The translations under genes were made by a program, and so were the position numbers. Below the pieces are notes generated by a model. The model was given only the letters and a program-made list of their open reading frames with translations, searched no databases and was not told the origin of the DNA. Positions 32,501 through 46,054 of a stretch of 64,000 bases of DNA are shown one piece after another. Source of the stretch: Eledone cirrhosa (taxonomy: Eukaryota); assembly GCA_964016885.1 (NCBI GenBank), contig OZ024750.1:53134001-53198000 (forward strand), given 5' to 3'. Every line of letters begins with the position of its first letter. Positions within the stretch are counted from its first letter, which is position 1.

Positions 32501-34263
32501 AGTTAGAACACAATAGACAGTAAGTCTCACCCCAGTCACAAGTTAGAACACAATAGACTGTAGGTCTCACCCCAGTCACAAGTTAGAACACAATAGACAG
32601 TAGGTCTCACCCCAGTCACAAGTTAGAACACAATAGACTAGGTCTCACCACAGTCACAAGTTAGAACACAAAAGACTAGGTCTCACCCCAGTCACAAGTT
32701 AGAACATAATAGACTGTAGGTCTCACCCCAGTCACAGGTTAGAACAATAGACTGTAGGTCTCACCCCAGTCACAAGTTAGAACACAATAGACTGTAGGTC
32801 TCACCCCAGTCACAAGTTAGAACACAATAGACTGTAGGTCTCACCCCAGTCACAAGTTAGAACACAATAGACTGTAGGTCTCACCCCAGTCACAAGTTAG
32901 AACACAATAGACAGTAGGTCTCACCCCAGTCACAGGTTAGAACACAATAGACAGTAGGTCTAACCCCTGTCACAGGTTAGAACACAATAGACAGTAGGTC
33001 TCACCCGAGTCACAGGTTAGAACACAATAGACAGTAGGTCTCACCCGAGTCACAGGTTAGAACACAATAGACAGTAGGTCTCACCCCAGTCACAAGTTAG
33101 AACACAATAGACAGTAAGTCTCACCCGAGTCACAGGTTAGAACACAATAGACAGTAGGTCTCACCCCAGTCACAGGTTAGAACACAATAGACAGTAGGTC
33201 TCACCCCAGTCACAAGTTAGAACACAATAGACAGTAGGTCTCACCCCAGTCACAAGTTAGAACACAATAGACAGTAGGTCTAACCCCTGTCACAAGTTAG
33301 AACACAATAGACAGTAGGTCTCACCCGAGTCACAGGTTAGAACACAATAGACAGTAGGTCTCAACCCAGTCACATGTTAGAACACAATAGACAGTAGGTC
33401 TCACCCCAGTCACAAGTTAGAACACAATAGACAGTAGGTCTCACCCGAGTCACAGGTTAGAACACAATAGACAGTAGGTCTCACCCCAGTCACAAGTTAG
33501 AAGACAATAGACAGTAGGTCTCACCCCAGTCACAGGTTAGAACACAATAGACCATAGGTCTCACTCCAGTCACAGGTTAGAACCCAATAGACAGTAGGTC
33601 TAACCCCAGTCACAAGTTAGAACACAATAGACTGTAGGTCTCACCCCAGTCACAAGTTAGAACACAATAGACAGTAGGTCTCATCCCAGTCACAAGTTAG
33701 AACACAATAGACTGTAGGTCTCACCCCAGTCACAAGTTAGAACACAATAGACTGTAGGTCTCACCCCAGTCACAAGTTAGAACACAATAGACAGTAGGTC
33801 TCACCCCAGTCACAGGTTAGAACACAATAGACAGTAGGTCTAACCCCAGTCACAGGTTAGAACACAATAGACTGTAGGTCTCACCCCAGTCACAGGTTAG
33901 AACACAATAGACTGTAGGTCTCACCCCAGTCACAGGTTAGAACACAATAGACTAGGTCTCACCCCAGTCACAAGTTAGAACACAATAGACTGTAGGTCTC
34001 ACCCCAGTCACAAGTTAGAACACAATAGACAGTAGGTCTCACCCCAGTCACAGGTTAGAACACAATAGACTGTAGGTCTCACCCCAGTCACAGGTTAGAA
34101 CACAATAGACTGTAGGTCTCACCCCAGTCACAAGTTAGAACACAATAGACAGTAGGTCTCACCCCAGTCACAAGTTAGAACACAATAGACAGTAGGTCTC
34201 ACCCCAGTCACAAGTTAGAACACAATAGACAGTAGGTCTCACCCCAGTCACAGGTTAGAACAC
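29589..34263. repeat. 40-bp minisatellite, consensus CAGTCACAAGTTAGAACACAATAGACTGTAGGTCTCACCC, about 117 copies
   Basis: Directly visible tandem array with 38-bp variants. Confidence 0.99.
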
Positions 34264-34444
34264 CCCATATTTCTGATTGCCCACCATACATTATAATAAT
34301 AATAATGGTTTCTTTATTAGTCACATAGTGCTTACATTAAGAGAAAATAATGGCAGAGAAAGGTGCAGTGTGGAGTTTTTTTGTGTATAAAGAAGTTCAT
34401 AATATACTAAAAGAATAACTATTCGAAAATCAAAATAATAATAA

Positions 34445-35135
34445 TTATTAATTGAGGCACATGGCCAGGCGATTTATTTTTTGAAGAAGGGAGTATCAAT
34501 TGACCCCAATACTTGATTGGTAGTTATTGACATTGAAAGGATGAAAGGTAAAGTTGACCAGGGCAGGGTTTGAACTCACAACATAGCCATAATGAAATAC
34601 ATTTTATTTCACCTGACATATTAATGGCTCTGCCAATAATAATTGTTTCTACTTTTGGCACAAGGCCATCAATTATCCAGTACATTACTGGTACTTTATT
34701 TTATCGACCCCGTAAGGATAAAAGGCAAAGTTAACCTCATCGGGATTTGAACTGGTGCAAGGTCAACAATTTGGAGAAGGGGAAAGTCGTTTATATCAAC
34801 CCAGTATTTCACTGGTACTTTGTTAGGATTTCACTCTTCTGGAATCAATAAGTTGAGCTCAGTGGGAACAAATACTGTAAAACATTTCGCCCAACACTCT
34901 AATGATTCTACCAATACACCATCCTTATAATAATCACTTCTGATTTAGGTACAAGGTAAACAATTTGGGGGGAGGGGAAAATCAAATCGACCTTAGTACA
35001 TTACTGGTTCTTTGTGTTATCAACCTCATAAGGATGACATGCAAAACTAACCTTGGTAGGGTTTGAACTCAACGTAATAGGCCGTAACTCTATGCCACAA
35101 AGCATGTCATCTGATGCTCTACTGATATTATCAAT
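34445..35135 (-). mobile_element. Cluster of about four head-to-tail tRNA-derived SINE copies or fragments
   Basis: Repeated GGCACAAGGCC ... ACTGGTACTTT ... GGAT(G)AAAGGCAAAGT ... GGATTTGAACT motifs. Confidence 0.8.
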
Positions 35136-35226
35136 TTATGAACCACTGCTGTCTATATCTTTCAACATACTAGATATGTGATTCATTAATGCTGTCTACC
35201 TAAGAAGCTTACTGATTAGCAGTCTG

Positions 35227-35364
35227 GTAAAGCTGGTTGTTGTGTGGTTAGTAAAGCTGGTTGTTGTGTGGTTAGTAAAGCTGGTTGTTGTGTGGTTAGT
35301 AAAGCTAGTTGTTGTGTGGTTAGTAAAGCTGGTTGTTGTGTGGTTAGTAAAGCTGGTTGTTGTG
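35227..35364. repeat. 24-bp tandem repeat GTAAAGCTGGTTGTTGTGTGGTTA, about 5.7 copies
   Basis: Directly visible. Confidence 0.95.
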
Positions 35365-35810
35365 AATCACAACACAACATAATGCCTTAGTGATTATATT
35401 AACTATAATTCTCTCTTCTTCCTACTATTACTCATTGTATGAATCACATGAATTAGAAATTTAATCTTAATCCATGCCCAGAAACAGAAATCAATGCTGG
35501 GGTATTATTTGTTTACAATATTTTAGTTTTTTTGTTTATTTATTATATTGCATAATATAAAATAGAAATGATTTCCTCTGAAAAATATAACTGGGAGGGT
35601 TCCCAATGTTTTTTGCTCTGTTTACCCCATGGCAACTTTTAGAGAGAATATTTACCCCTCCCCACCATGTTCAGTAGAGGTTACATCTCTACCATAATAA
35701 TGGGGAAATATTAAAATATTGTTTTAGATTTATATTACAATAATTGCAGAAAACATTGTTTCACTTATGAGCAACTAACTTATAATGAACGAATACTAGA
35801 TACTGTGAAG

Positions 35811-36014
35811 GTGGCCTAGTGGTTAGTGTAGTATGTAACCTAGTGGTTAGTGTAGTACGTGGCCTAGTGGTTAGTGTATGTAACCTAGTGGTTAGTGTAG
35901 TATGTGGCCTAGTGGTTAGTGTATGTAACCTAGTGGTTAATGTAGTATGTGGCCTAGTGGTTAGTGTATGTAACCTAGTGGTTAGTGCAGTATGTAACCT
36001 AGTGGTTTGTGTAT
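35811..36014 (+). repeat. Nine tandem 21/24-bp copies of a SINE A-box head (GTGGCCTAGTGGTTAGTGTA)
   Basis: Alternating GTGGCC/GTAACC units, followed by a decayed remainder of the tRNA-like head (GGACTCGTGATCAT...). Confidence 0.85.
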
Positions 36015-36439
36015 TGGACTCGTGATCATATACTCCTGGGTTTGTGGTTTAATTCTTGGACCAGGTGGTGCAGATACCAGTAGTTGGCCTAAATACAGTC
36101 AGTTAATGTGAATAAATGTAAAATGATGATGACGATTATATATCTATTATGATAGAAATGACTTTGATAGGACTAGTACCGTTTCATTTGTAAGAAATTA
36201 TCAGGGAACAGTTCTAGTTCTGTAGGAGTCATTTCTATTATAAAATAAATATGCCTATACTCTACTAACGTATTGAGTACCTTTTTTTAAGTTTGATCAC
36301 CTGATATACATCAGGAATCACATATATATATATATATGGGTTGTAACATCCAGTCCTTGTAGGTTCACCGGAGTGAGCACTCAATGCATAGTTTCCAGTA
36401 AGTATAGAGATGTAGTACTAAGCAGAGTGTAATAATAAT

Positions 36440-36620
36440 TGTTTCTACTTTAGGCACAAGGCCAGCAATTACCTAGTGCATTACTGGTACTTTATTTTAT
36501 CGACCTTGTAAGGATGAAAGGCAAAGTCAACCTCGGCGGGATTTGAACTCAGATCGTAAAGGGACGTAACTATGCTGGAAAGCATGGAGTCCGACCCTCT
36601 ACCGATACTGCCAATCTACT
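36440..36620 (-). mobile_element. Full-length tRNA-derived SINE with an 18-bp TSD
   Basis: A box TGGCAGTATCGG, B box GAGTTCAAATCC and core GCCTTTCATCCTTACAAGGTCGATAAAATAAAGTACCAG. TSD GCAGAGTGTAATAATAAT at 36422-36439 and 36621-36638. Confidence 0.93.
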
Positions 36621-36670
36621 GCAGAGTGTAATAATAATGATAAAAAGGATGATTTGTTAAGTGTTCTTGA

Positions 36671-36857
36671 CATTTATTGAGTAGTGATGTGTGTTTCGCT
36701 ATCAATCAGCTCAAAGTTTGATCTGTATTGATGTCGTCCGACCTCTGTCATTACCACAACAGAAGTCAGATCTTTTGATTCCAGAGTAGGGCTAGATCAG
36801 TACAGATTGAACTTTGAGCTGATCGATAGTGAAACGCACGTCATTACTCAATAAACG
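36671..36857. repeat. Inverted repeat with 62-bp arms
   Basis: 36671-36732 is the imperfect reverse complement of 36796-36857. Confidence 0.85.
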
Positions 36858-38574
36858 TAATGAAGACATAACAGTTCATTCTTTTATCATTTTATATATT
36901 ATTTCATCATTTTACGTCTGCTTTTCCCTGCTTGCAAGCATGGGACAAGTGGTTTTGGTCAACCCTTGCAAGGATGCCTATAGGAGACTGTCTAATATAT
37001 ATATATATTTAAAACAACAGAAGGCTAGACTGGAAGATATGCTGTAAATTTTAACTTTGGGTCTTTGGGGTATTTGTGTCTTCCACTAATTAGACACTCC
37101 TTTCGGCATCCTTGCCAGGGTTGATCAAAACCACTCCACTTTCCCCATTTGTGTCCTGGTAGCATTACCCTAAGTAACGCTACACCATTCACTGCTCATC
37201 TCTCCTGATTCACATTAACCCTGAAGCAACTTTTGCTGCCCCAGTTCCTGAGATACTCCACATATTGTAGGCTCTGATGAAGGACTCAATTGTGATCCCT
37301 CTGCATCCCACTTCAGAAATGGGCTCAAACTTCGCTCACTCTCTGATATTTCAAAGTTTGTCAGGTTATTGTACATTTTCTTATATTTCTTCATATTTCC
37401 ACACTTTATCACTGCGTTTTAGACTATTTATCTGGGTCTCTTCTATCAAGAACATGGCAAGCTTCCCAGTGTTGGTGCCATAATTAAATGTATCCAGTAC
37501 ACTCTTAGGAAGGACATCTAGCCATAGAAATCATGTCAAAATGGAATGTATTTGAGTGAGAGATGGTCAGCCAACTTAGCTCCAATAAAGTACTGACTTG
37601 GTTTCTAACAACCTGTCCAACCCATGCTAATATTTGAAAAACCAATTTAAAATGATGAGGATCTGCTGTCACTTACTCCTACTTAACCCTTTCCACTACC
37701 TTTGATTTTCAATTAATTTTTAAAATAACCAAGGACTTAGAGAAATTTATATTATGACTAAATTTGTCATCGTTAAGCTGATATTAAAAGGATTGCGTTC
37801 CAAACACCAAATCTACCTACATTCACACTTGATTCTATGAAATAATACTGTCCATTTTAAAGTGTTTGTACCTGTATTTATATTAAAACCTTTCATCATA
37901 ATTTTATGTATGTACTTTCTGTTATGTTCCAAACACCAGCTAAATAATGAGAAAGTTAGCTATATTATTAAATTTCTACAAATTCTTGATTATTTAAAAA
38001 ATTAGTTGAAAATCATAGGTGGTGTCTTTTCATTATAAATATGATAATGAAAAGGTTCCAATCACTATTTCATCATTCTACATCTGCTTCAGTGCTGGCA
38101 TAGGTTTAACTGTTATTACACTCTTTGTTCTGTCTTACTGTTCTTGTAGACAGGTCGTTTGTTATATTTTAGGTATGGTTGCTGGTGTTAGACAAAATAA
38201 TTTGCAGTATTTATCCTGGTTCTTTATATTCTCAGACAGTGTTTTGAGGCATCTACTTTATGGCCCTTTGCATTCTTTGTTCAAATCAGACCGAAGTTAG
38301 CTTTGCCATTTCATCCTTTCAAGATAAAATAGAGTACCAGCTAAATTATGGGGAGAGAGGGTTGATTATATAATAAACCCTCTCTTCCCCATAATTTGCA
38401 GGCCTTGTGCCTAAATTAGAAACTCTTGTCAGTATTATACTATTACTGGGCACAGCTCAGTGTGCCTTGGCTGTCAGTAATGTTGGTTTTGGTGTTGTTT
38501 TTATCATATTGAAAACACTTTCTATAATGTGTGCAGTGCAAGTCATCAGGTTCTAGTTATGTATTGTTATTATT

Positions 38575-38800
38575 GGGCAGTGGATTGGCAGTATCGGTAG
38601 AGAGTCGGACACCATGCTTTGTTATGCCTAAAGTTATGGCCCATTACAGTCTGAGTTCAAATCCCGCCGAGGTTAATTTTGCCCTTCATCCTTACAAGGT
38701 CGATAAAATAAAGCACCAGTAACGTACTGGGGTAGATTTAATCGACTCCCCTCCAAAAAAAATTACTGGCCTTGTGCTTATACTAGAAATCATTATCATT
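38575..38800 (+). mobile_element. tRNA-derived SINE, same family as 36440-36620 (long variant)
   Basis: A box, B box, core and (CATT/TTA) tail are all present. Confidence 0.9.
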
Positions 38801-38824
38801 ACTATTTATTAAAATTTCCTAATT

Positions 38825-39175
38825 CTCTCTGGAATAAATGCATATCATCTCCCTCTCCCCCTCTCCCTTTCTCTCTCTCCCTATCTCTCTCTGGAATAAA
38901 TGCATATCATCTCCCTCTCTCCTCTCCCTTTCTCCTCTCCCTCTCTCTCTCCCTATCTCTCTCTGGAATAAATGCATATCATCTCCCTCTCTCCTCTCCC
39001 TCTCTCCTCTCCCCTCTCCCTCTCTCTCTCTCCCTCCCTCTCTCTGGAATAAATGCATATCATCCTCTCCCTCTCTCTCAGTCTCTCCCTCTCTCTGGAA
39101 TAAATACATATCACCCCCCCTCTCTCTCCCTCTCCCTCTCTGGAATAAATGCATATCATCTCTCTCTCCTCTCTC
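38825..39175. repeat. Six copies of CTCTGGAATAAATGCATATCATC separated by CT-rich spacers
   Basis: Motif at about 38831, 38893, 38965, 39046, 39097 and 39142. Confidence 0.9.
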
Positions 39176-39882
39176 TGCTAAATTGTATTAAATTCTGAGA
39201 TATTTTGATAATTCTATTTAGAAAATTTATAACTTTCTCTAAATCCTATTTTGAATTGGTCTTTAAATTTTTAAATGTGTACATTTTTTGAGAAAACAAT
39301 AAGGTTTGGAATGTCGGCAATTAAAGATGAGATTTGTTAAAATTATTATTAACTCATTAACATTGAAAAGGTTTTAGTTTTAATTATTATTAACTCGTTA
39401 ACACTGAGAATGTTTTACTAGTTTTAATTATTATTAACAGTGATGTTTAACTAGTTTTAATTGTTTTTCAATTATTACATCAATCTAGTAATTTTTTAAA
39501 GTTTATACTGATACATTTTATATTATTTCAAACAAAACACCTTGTAGAATTTAGTTACGACCCTTTGCATTCTGAGTTCAAATCCTGCTGAGGTCAGTTT
39601 TGTCTTCTTCCAAAAGTCACTAGAGTATAGCACCAATCCAGAGCAGTGGATTGTCACAATCTTTAGAGTATTGGTCAAAATGCCTTGTGTTGTTTCTTTA
39701 GGCTTTTTACATTCTTCATTCAAATTCTGCCAAAGTCAGCTTTGCCTTTTATCCTCCAAGGATTGATAAAGAACCAATCAAATGCTGACTAATCTCCACT
39801 TCTGAATTGGTCTTGTATCTAAATTAATTATTTTTTTCCATATTATAAATTTTAATTGTTTTTTTTTTTTTTATAAGTGAAA

Positions 39883-40216
39883 GTGACTGGCCTAATGGTT
39901 AGGTTGTTGGAGCCATGATCATAGGGTTGTGGGTTTGATTCCTGGGCCGAGTGCTGCATTGTGTTCTTGAGCAAGACACTTCATTTTATGTTGCTTTAGT
40001 GATAAGAATATCATTAAAACACCTGAGAAACTTGCTCTGAGATGCAGCCTCAAAACATCTGAGAAACATTCTATAAGATACAGCTTTGTTGGAGGCCAGT
40101 TTCACCTACATAGGTGTCCATCTTTATAAACCATGTCAAAATATAGAAAGTATGAGCAAGGCATGGTATTCAAACCATCTTGTCTTGGATGAAGATAACC
40201 TGTCCAACCCATGCCT
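39883..40216 (+). mobile_element. Decayed tRNA-derived SINE of a second family (CTTGAGCAAGACACTT core, CCAACCCATGC tail)
   Basis: A box TGGCCTAATGG and B box GGTTTGATTCC. Similar copies at about 50231 and 58277. Confidence 0.7.
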
Positions 40217-40436
40217 GTTAGGGTGACTGTGGCTTTTGTGGGCCTTCTCGGCGAGTAAACCCCCCCCCCCCCTAATTGGGGAATTTTCTTTTGTTTCTAT
40301 TATTTTTTTTTCACATCCTTTGTTTTTGTTTTATACTCATTTTTACATGCAGAAACCCACATTGTACCGTCCTGTGTTGTCTTTAAATGTATTTTTATGT
40401 AAACCCTTTGTGGTCAATAAAGAAAACATTATTATT

Positions 40437-40970
40437 GCTGAGGTCAACTTTGTCTTTCATCATTATGGGGTTTGATAAAATAAAGTACCAGTAATGTACT
40501 GGGTAATTTCTGGCGTTGTGCCAAAAATAGAAACAATTATTATTATAGTGGTAGATTGGCAGAATTGGTAGAGCGTCGGGCACTTTGCTTTACAGCATAG
40601 TTACGGCCCTTTACGCTCTGAGTTCAAATGGCGCCGAGGTTAGCTTTGCCTTTCATCCTTACGGGGTTGATAAAATAAAGCACCCGTAATTCACTGGGGT
40701 TGATTTAATCACCTTTCCCCTGTCCCCAAATTATTGGCCTTGTCCCTAAATCTGAAATCATTCTTATTAACTGCCTATATTGTTCTGTACAACCAATTCT
40801 TTCTACCATACAATTGGTGTGTGACTGTTTAGTTCTCACTACCTGATTATACTTGTTTCTACTTTTGGCACAAGGCCAGCAATTACCCAGTACATTACTG
40901 GTACTTTATTTTATCGACCCCCCGTAAGGATGAAAGGCAAAGTTAACCTCGGCAAGATTTGAACTCAGAA
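40437..40970. mobile_element. SINE cluster: truncated (+) 40437-40545, full-length (+) 40548-40765, truncated (-) 40853-40970
   Basis: Same core and tail as 36440-36620. Confidence 0.88.
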
Positions 40971-41519
40971 TGGCTATCAGCTAGAATACTATCAGCTTAG
41001 CAACTTTCAAACAATACTTTTGCATAGGTGTGTGTGTATATGTGTGTATATATGTGTATGTGTGTATATATATTATTTAGACTTGTTCTGTCCAGTGTAT
41101 GGTGTATGTACCAAAACAAAACTAGGAAGAGTCATCTCAAAGTTGGAATGTTTATGTACACACGCACACAGAACCAATGAGGGGGAGAAAAATCTAATTT
41201 ATATCACTCCAGACACATACACAGTCTCTCTCTTTCATACACTTACATATACACTCTGTAGCTCATGTAATGCTAAACAAAATAATCTGCCTAATATAAT
41301 GTATAATGTGGTTGTAGAAAATTCTAGAAATAGCAGCCAGCTCTTACAAAACCCAATATTTGATACACTATTCAACTGATGTCATTTCTGCCCCAAAGTC
41401 ACATTTGTTCCTCTAAATGAGACATTCTATATTCTGAGACATTTGTGAAAAACTACAATAATATTTTTTCCATTTTATTGGGGATGAGATTTAATAATAA
41501 TATAACTGACCTGTTCAAT

Positions 41520-41935
41520 ATTAAACTGATGTTTGGAATATAACCTGTTCATTAACATATTTCTTATGAAAGACATTGCTCCAAATAATCAAGAATTTGG
41601 AGGGATTTAGTAATATAACTTTCTCAATATTAAACTGGTGTTTGGAACATAACTTAACTCTTTTATTATCATATTTTAAATGAAAGGCACTGCCTAAACT
41701 TTTCAAATGTTGTAGATAATGAAGAATATAGAGGAATTTAGTAATATAACTGACTTGATATTTAGCTGGTGTTTGATAATTTAACCCTTTCATTGCTATA
41801 TTTCTAATGAAAGACACTGCCTAAAATTTTCAAATAAATTTGAAAATAGTCAAGAATTTGGAGGGATTTAGTAGTATAACTAATTTTCTCATTAAGTTGG
41901 TGTTTGGTACATAACAAAGGTTTTTACATAAAATT
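41520..41935. mobile_element. Tandem partial copies of a piggyBac-like MITE
   Basis: Repeated AAGACACTGCC..CAAGAATTTGGAGGGATTTAGTA..TGGTGTTTGG blocks. TTAACCCTTTCATTGC at about 41781 matches the element at 58998-59237. Confidence 0.6.
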
Positions 41936-43454
41936 ATAGTAGAACACCACAAAAAGATAGAGTAAATAGAACAAGATCAGAACAAAGAGGAGACACAGAG
42001 GAATAGGAACAGTCATTGAGAAGGTCACAGAATGTGTGACAAAAGAGCTTTGACAATTAAATATGACAAATAACCATCCAGTTACTAAACTATCGAAGGA
42101 ATGGATTAGTTACCTAACCAATATTAAAACTGAAGTGGAACTCAGTGTGTGCTTTTATTGGCAACATGACCCTCCAAAAGTATACACTTATGATGGAAGG
42201 TTTTTAGATAAATATTTACAAAGGGTGGAGATGACTCATCAGTTTTGTCAATGACATAACTTTTCTAGTCCAAGCAATATGAGAAAATACACCTTGTAAA
42301 GCTTGGAATGTATGTAAATGAAGTACATGGCTGTTGGTCTGTTTGGAAGGTCAGTAGTTCCAATTAAGTATTGACTTAGTATTTGATAACTTGTCCAACC
42401 CACAGCAGCATGGAAAAGTAGAGATTAAATGATGATGATAATGAAATACTTAAGTAAGCAACCCTGTAGAATAAAACCAGGTGCAACAGCTGACAGTTTT
42501 GTCTCAAATTATTTCACAGTAATGAATTTTATATTTCATTGGTTTCCACTGGAATTCACCCCTATTCCATACACATGCTGTGTATCAATACACTATAGCT
42601 TAGCACTGCTACTACATCGATTGCTACTAAGCAAAACTAATGTCTTCACACATATTGGTATTCTTTGCCTTCTTTTGTAGCCATTGGCAGCTGTTTTTTT
42701 CATTTTCACATATCACTCTGCTTTTGTAAGATGTAAAAAGTTGTTTTGTAAAATGTTTGTTTTATAAGATCACTACCTACTTGGCAATAGTAGATTGTAA
42801 TCATAGATCCCTGGCATCGTCAGGATAGATTATTTTTTTCTTCATGTATGGGACAGATACATTTCTGAACATGGGGACACTTTTGTCTTGAAAGAACAAG
42901 CAAAACAAGGAATGAGTTGAGAGAAAAGCTGAGTATATAAGGAATCAGATGTAGGGTGTAAGAGAGAAGACTGCACTGGTATGGACATGTGATGCATATG
43001 GCTGAAGAAGTCTCAAGAAATTCTAATGATAACTTTTCTAGTATTGGTGCTATGATGCACTGTGCACGCTCATGATCATAAGGTTGCTCGACTGGACGGC
43101 ATGTGAAATCACAGTATTTTTCATAATAGGATTAAGCCCCCTATCATTAAAACAGCCAAGAAATCTCATTGGAGGCTAGCTGAACCTGCATAGGTAGGAG
43201 CTGGAAATTATTTTTTGTTGCATCAGAAAGAGCACCTGACCATAGAACACTGCCTCAAAATATCTCATCCAACCCATGCTGGAATAGAAAAATTGATATA
43301 AAAATGATGATGATGATGATGATGATATAACAAACTAGCAAAATGAAATTATAACATAGAAGACAAGTGATGTCTAGCTTTTCTTGTTTTTCTCATAACA
43401 GAATTATCCCCCCCTCTCCCCTACTAACTTACTCTCTCTACTAATTTCTCTCTC

Positions 43455-43498
43455 CCTCTCATTTCTTGCTAACTCTCTCTCTCTCTCTCATTCCTTGC

Positions 43499-43534
<36 letters not shown>

Positions 43535-43564
43535 TGCTAACTATCTCTCTCTCTCATTCCTTGC

Positions 43565-43600
<36 letters not shown>

Positions 43601-43630
43601 TGCTAACTATCTCTCTCTCTCATTCCTTGC

Positions 43631-43670
<40 letters not shown>

Positions 43671-44322
43671 TGCTAACTATCTCTCTCTCTCATTCCTTGC
43701 TAAATCAATCTCTCTCTCTCTCTCATTCCTTGCTAACTCTCTCTCTCTCTCATTCCTTGCTAACTCTCTCTCTTTCTCTCTCTTTCTCATTCCTTGCTAA
43801 CTCTCTCTCTTTCTCTCTCTCTCATTCCTTGCTAACTATCTCTCTCTCTCTCTCATTCCTTGCTAACTATCTCTCATTCCTTGCTAACTATCTCTCTCTC
43901 TCTCTCTCTCTCTCTCATTCCTTGCTAACTCTCTCTCTCATTCCTTGCTAACTCTCTCTCTCTCACTCTCTCTCTCTCTCATTCCTTGCTAACTCTCTCT
44001 CTCTCTTTCTCATTCCTTGCTAACTCTCTCTTTCTCTCTCTCTCATTCCTTGCTAACTCTCTCTTTCTCTCTCTCTCATTCCTTGCTAACTATCTCTTTC
44101 TCTCTCTCTCATTCCTTGCTAACTCTCTCTTTCTCTCTCTCTCTCTCTCATTCCTTGCTAACTCTTTCTTTCTCTCTCATTTCTTGCTAACTCTCTCTCT
44201 CTCATTCCTTGCTAACTCTCTCTCTTTCTCTCTCTCTCTCTTTCTCATTCCTTGCTAACTCTCTCTTTCTCTCTCTCTCATTCCTTGCTAACTATCTCTC
44301 TCTCTCTCTCATTCCTTGCTAA

Positions 44323-44368
<46 letters not shown>

Positions 44369-44616
44369 CCTTGCTAACTCTCTCTCTCTCATTCCTTGCT
44401 AACTCTCTCTCTCCCACTCTCTCTCTCCCATTCCTTGCTAATTCTCTCTCTTTCTCCTGCTCATTCCTTGCTAACTATCTCTCTCTCACTCTCTCTCTCT
44501 CTCATTCCTTGCTAACTCTCTCTCTCTCTCTCTTTCTCATTCCTTGCTAACTCTCTCTTTCTCTCTCTCTCATTCCTTGCTAACTCTCTCTTTCTCTCTC
44601 TCTCATTCCTTGCTAA

Positions 44617-44666
<50 letters not shown>

Positions 44667-45463
44667 CCTTGCTAACTCTTTCTTTCTCTCTCATTCCTTG
44701 CTAACTCTCTCTCTCTCTCATTCCTTGCTAACTCTCTCTTTCTCTCTCATTCCTTGCTAACTCTCTCTTTCTCTCTCATTCCTTGCTAACTCTCTCTTTC
44801 TCTCTCATTCCTTGCTAAATCTCTCTTTCTCTCTCATTCCTTGCTAACTCTCTCTCTCTCTCTCATTCCTTGCTAACTCTCTCTTTCTCTCTCATTCCTT
44901 GCTAACTCTCTCTTTCTCTCTCATTCCTTGCTAACTCTCTCTTTCTCTCTCATTCCTTGCTAAATCTCTCTTTCTCTCTCATTTCTTGCTAACTCTCTCT
45001 TTCTCTCTCATTCCTTGCTAACTCTCTCTTTCACTCTCATTCCTTGCTAACTCTCTCTTTCACTCTCATTCCTTGCTAACTCTCTCTTTCTCTCTCATTC
45101 CTTGCTAAATCTCTTTCTCTCTCATTCCTTGCTAAATCTCTCTTTCTCTCTAATTCCTTGCTAACTCTCTCTCTTTCACTCTCATTCCTTGCTAACTCTC
45201 TCTCTTTCACTCTCATTCCTTGCTAACTCTCTTTCTCTCTCATTCCTTGCTAAATCTCTCTTTCTCTCTCAATCCTTGCTAACTCTCTTTCTCTCTCATT
45301 CCTTGCTAAATCTCTCTTTCTCTCTCAATCCTTGCTAAATCCCTCTTTCTCTCTCATTCCTTGCTAAATCTCTCTTTCTCTCTCATTCCTTGCTAAATCT
45401 CTCTTTCTCTCTCATTCCTTGCTAAATCTCTCTTTCTCTCTCATTCCTTGCTAAATCTCTCTC
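43455..45463. repeat. Compound repeat CATTCCTTGCTAA(C/A) + variable (CT)n
   Basis: Directly visible; a 2-kb tract with a strongly pyrimidine-biased + strand. Confidence 0.98.
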
Positions 45464-45975
45464 TAGATTTTCTTGCACTTTTATTATCTCCCTCTTCTGT
45501 TTTCTCCACCCCCTCCTCCTCTCATTTTATCTCTTTCAATCACTTATTGCAGTGGACTCACACTTCTTCCCCCACCCACACACTCCTATGCACATATGAA
45601 CCCCCATCCATATGAATACACACACACACCTCACACCCACGAAATCAGCCATGCATGGCTGATTTTATAAAACACAATGCTACAATACAGGTAAATGTTA
45701 TTTGAGTTGTAGTATTGTGTGCACTGATGTGAAAATATAGTTGAAATTTCTATAAACTACCATCCAAGATCTGAAGTATTGAAGAATACCATCCTGTCAA
45801 CTGACACCTGGCTTTTCACCATTACAATATATCTTTATAGATAATAGGATATTTTTGTTAATAGGTGGCGCTGCCTATCTTCTCTTCTGAATATACTTTG
45901 AAAGTTATTTTAGATCTTTGAGATTTTGGTTTTAAAAATTTCTATTTTATTGTTTTGTATATATATATGTATATT

Positions 45976-46054
<79 letters not shown>

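Noticed and set aside
36440-36620. tRNA genes
   Set aside because: The A/B-box heads are followed by SINE cores and tails with TSDs, and no full cloverleaf is present.
36816-36850. Hammerhead-like CTGATCGATAGTGAAACGCACGTC in the inverted repeat
   Set aside because: There is an extra base in the CUGANGA box, no helix II, and helix I is out of register; not supportable without a family consensus.
38825-39175. CRISPR-like constant repeat with variable spacers
   Set aside because: The spacers are low-complexity CT tracts related to each other, the context is eukaryotic, and no cas genes are present.
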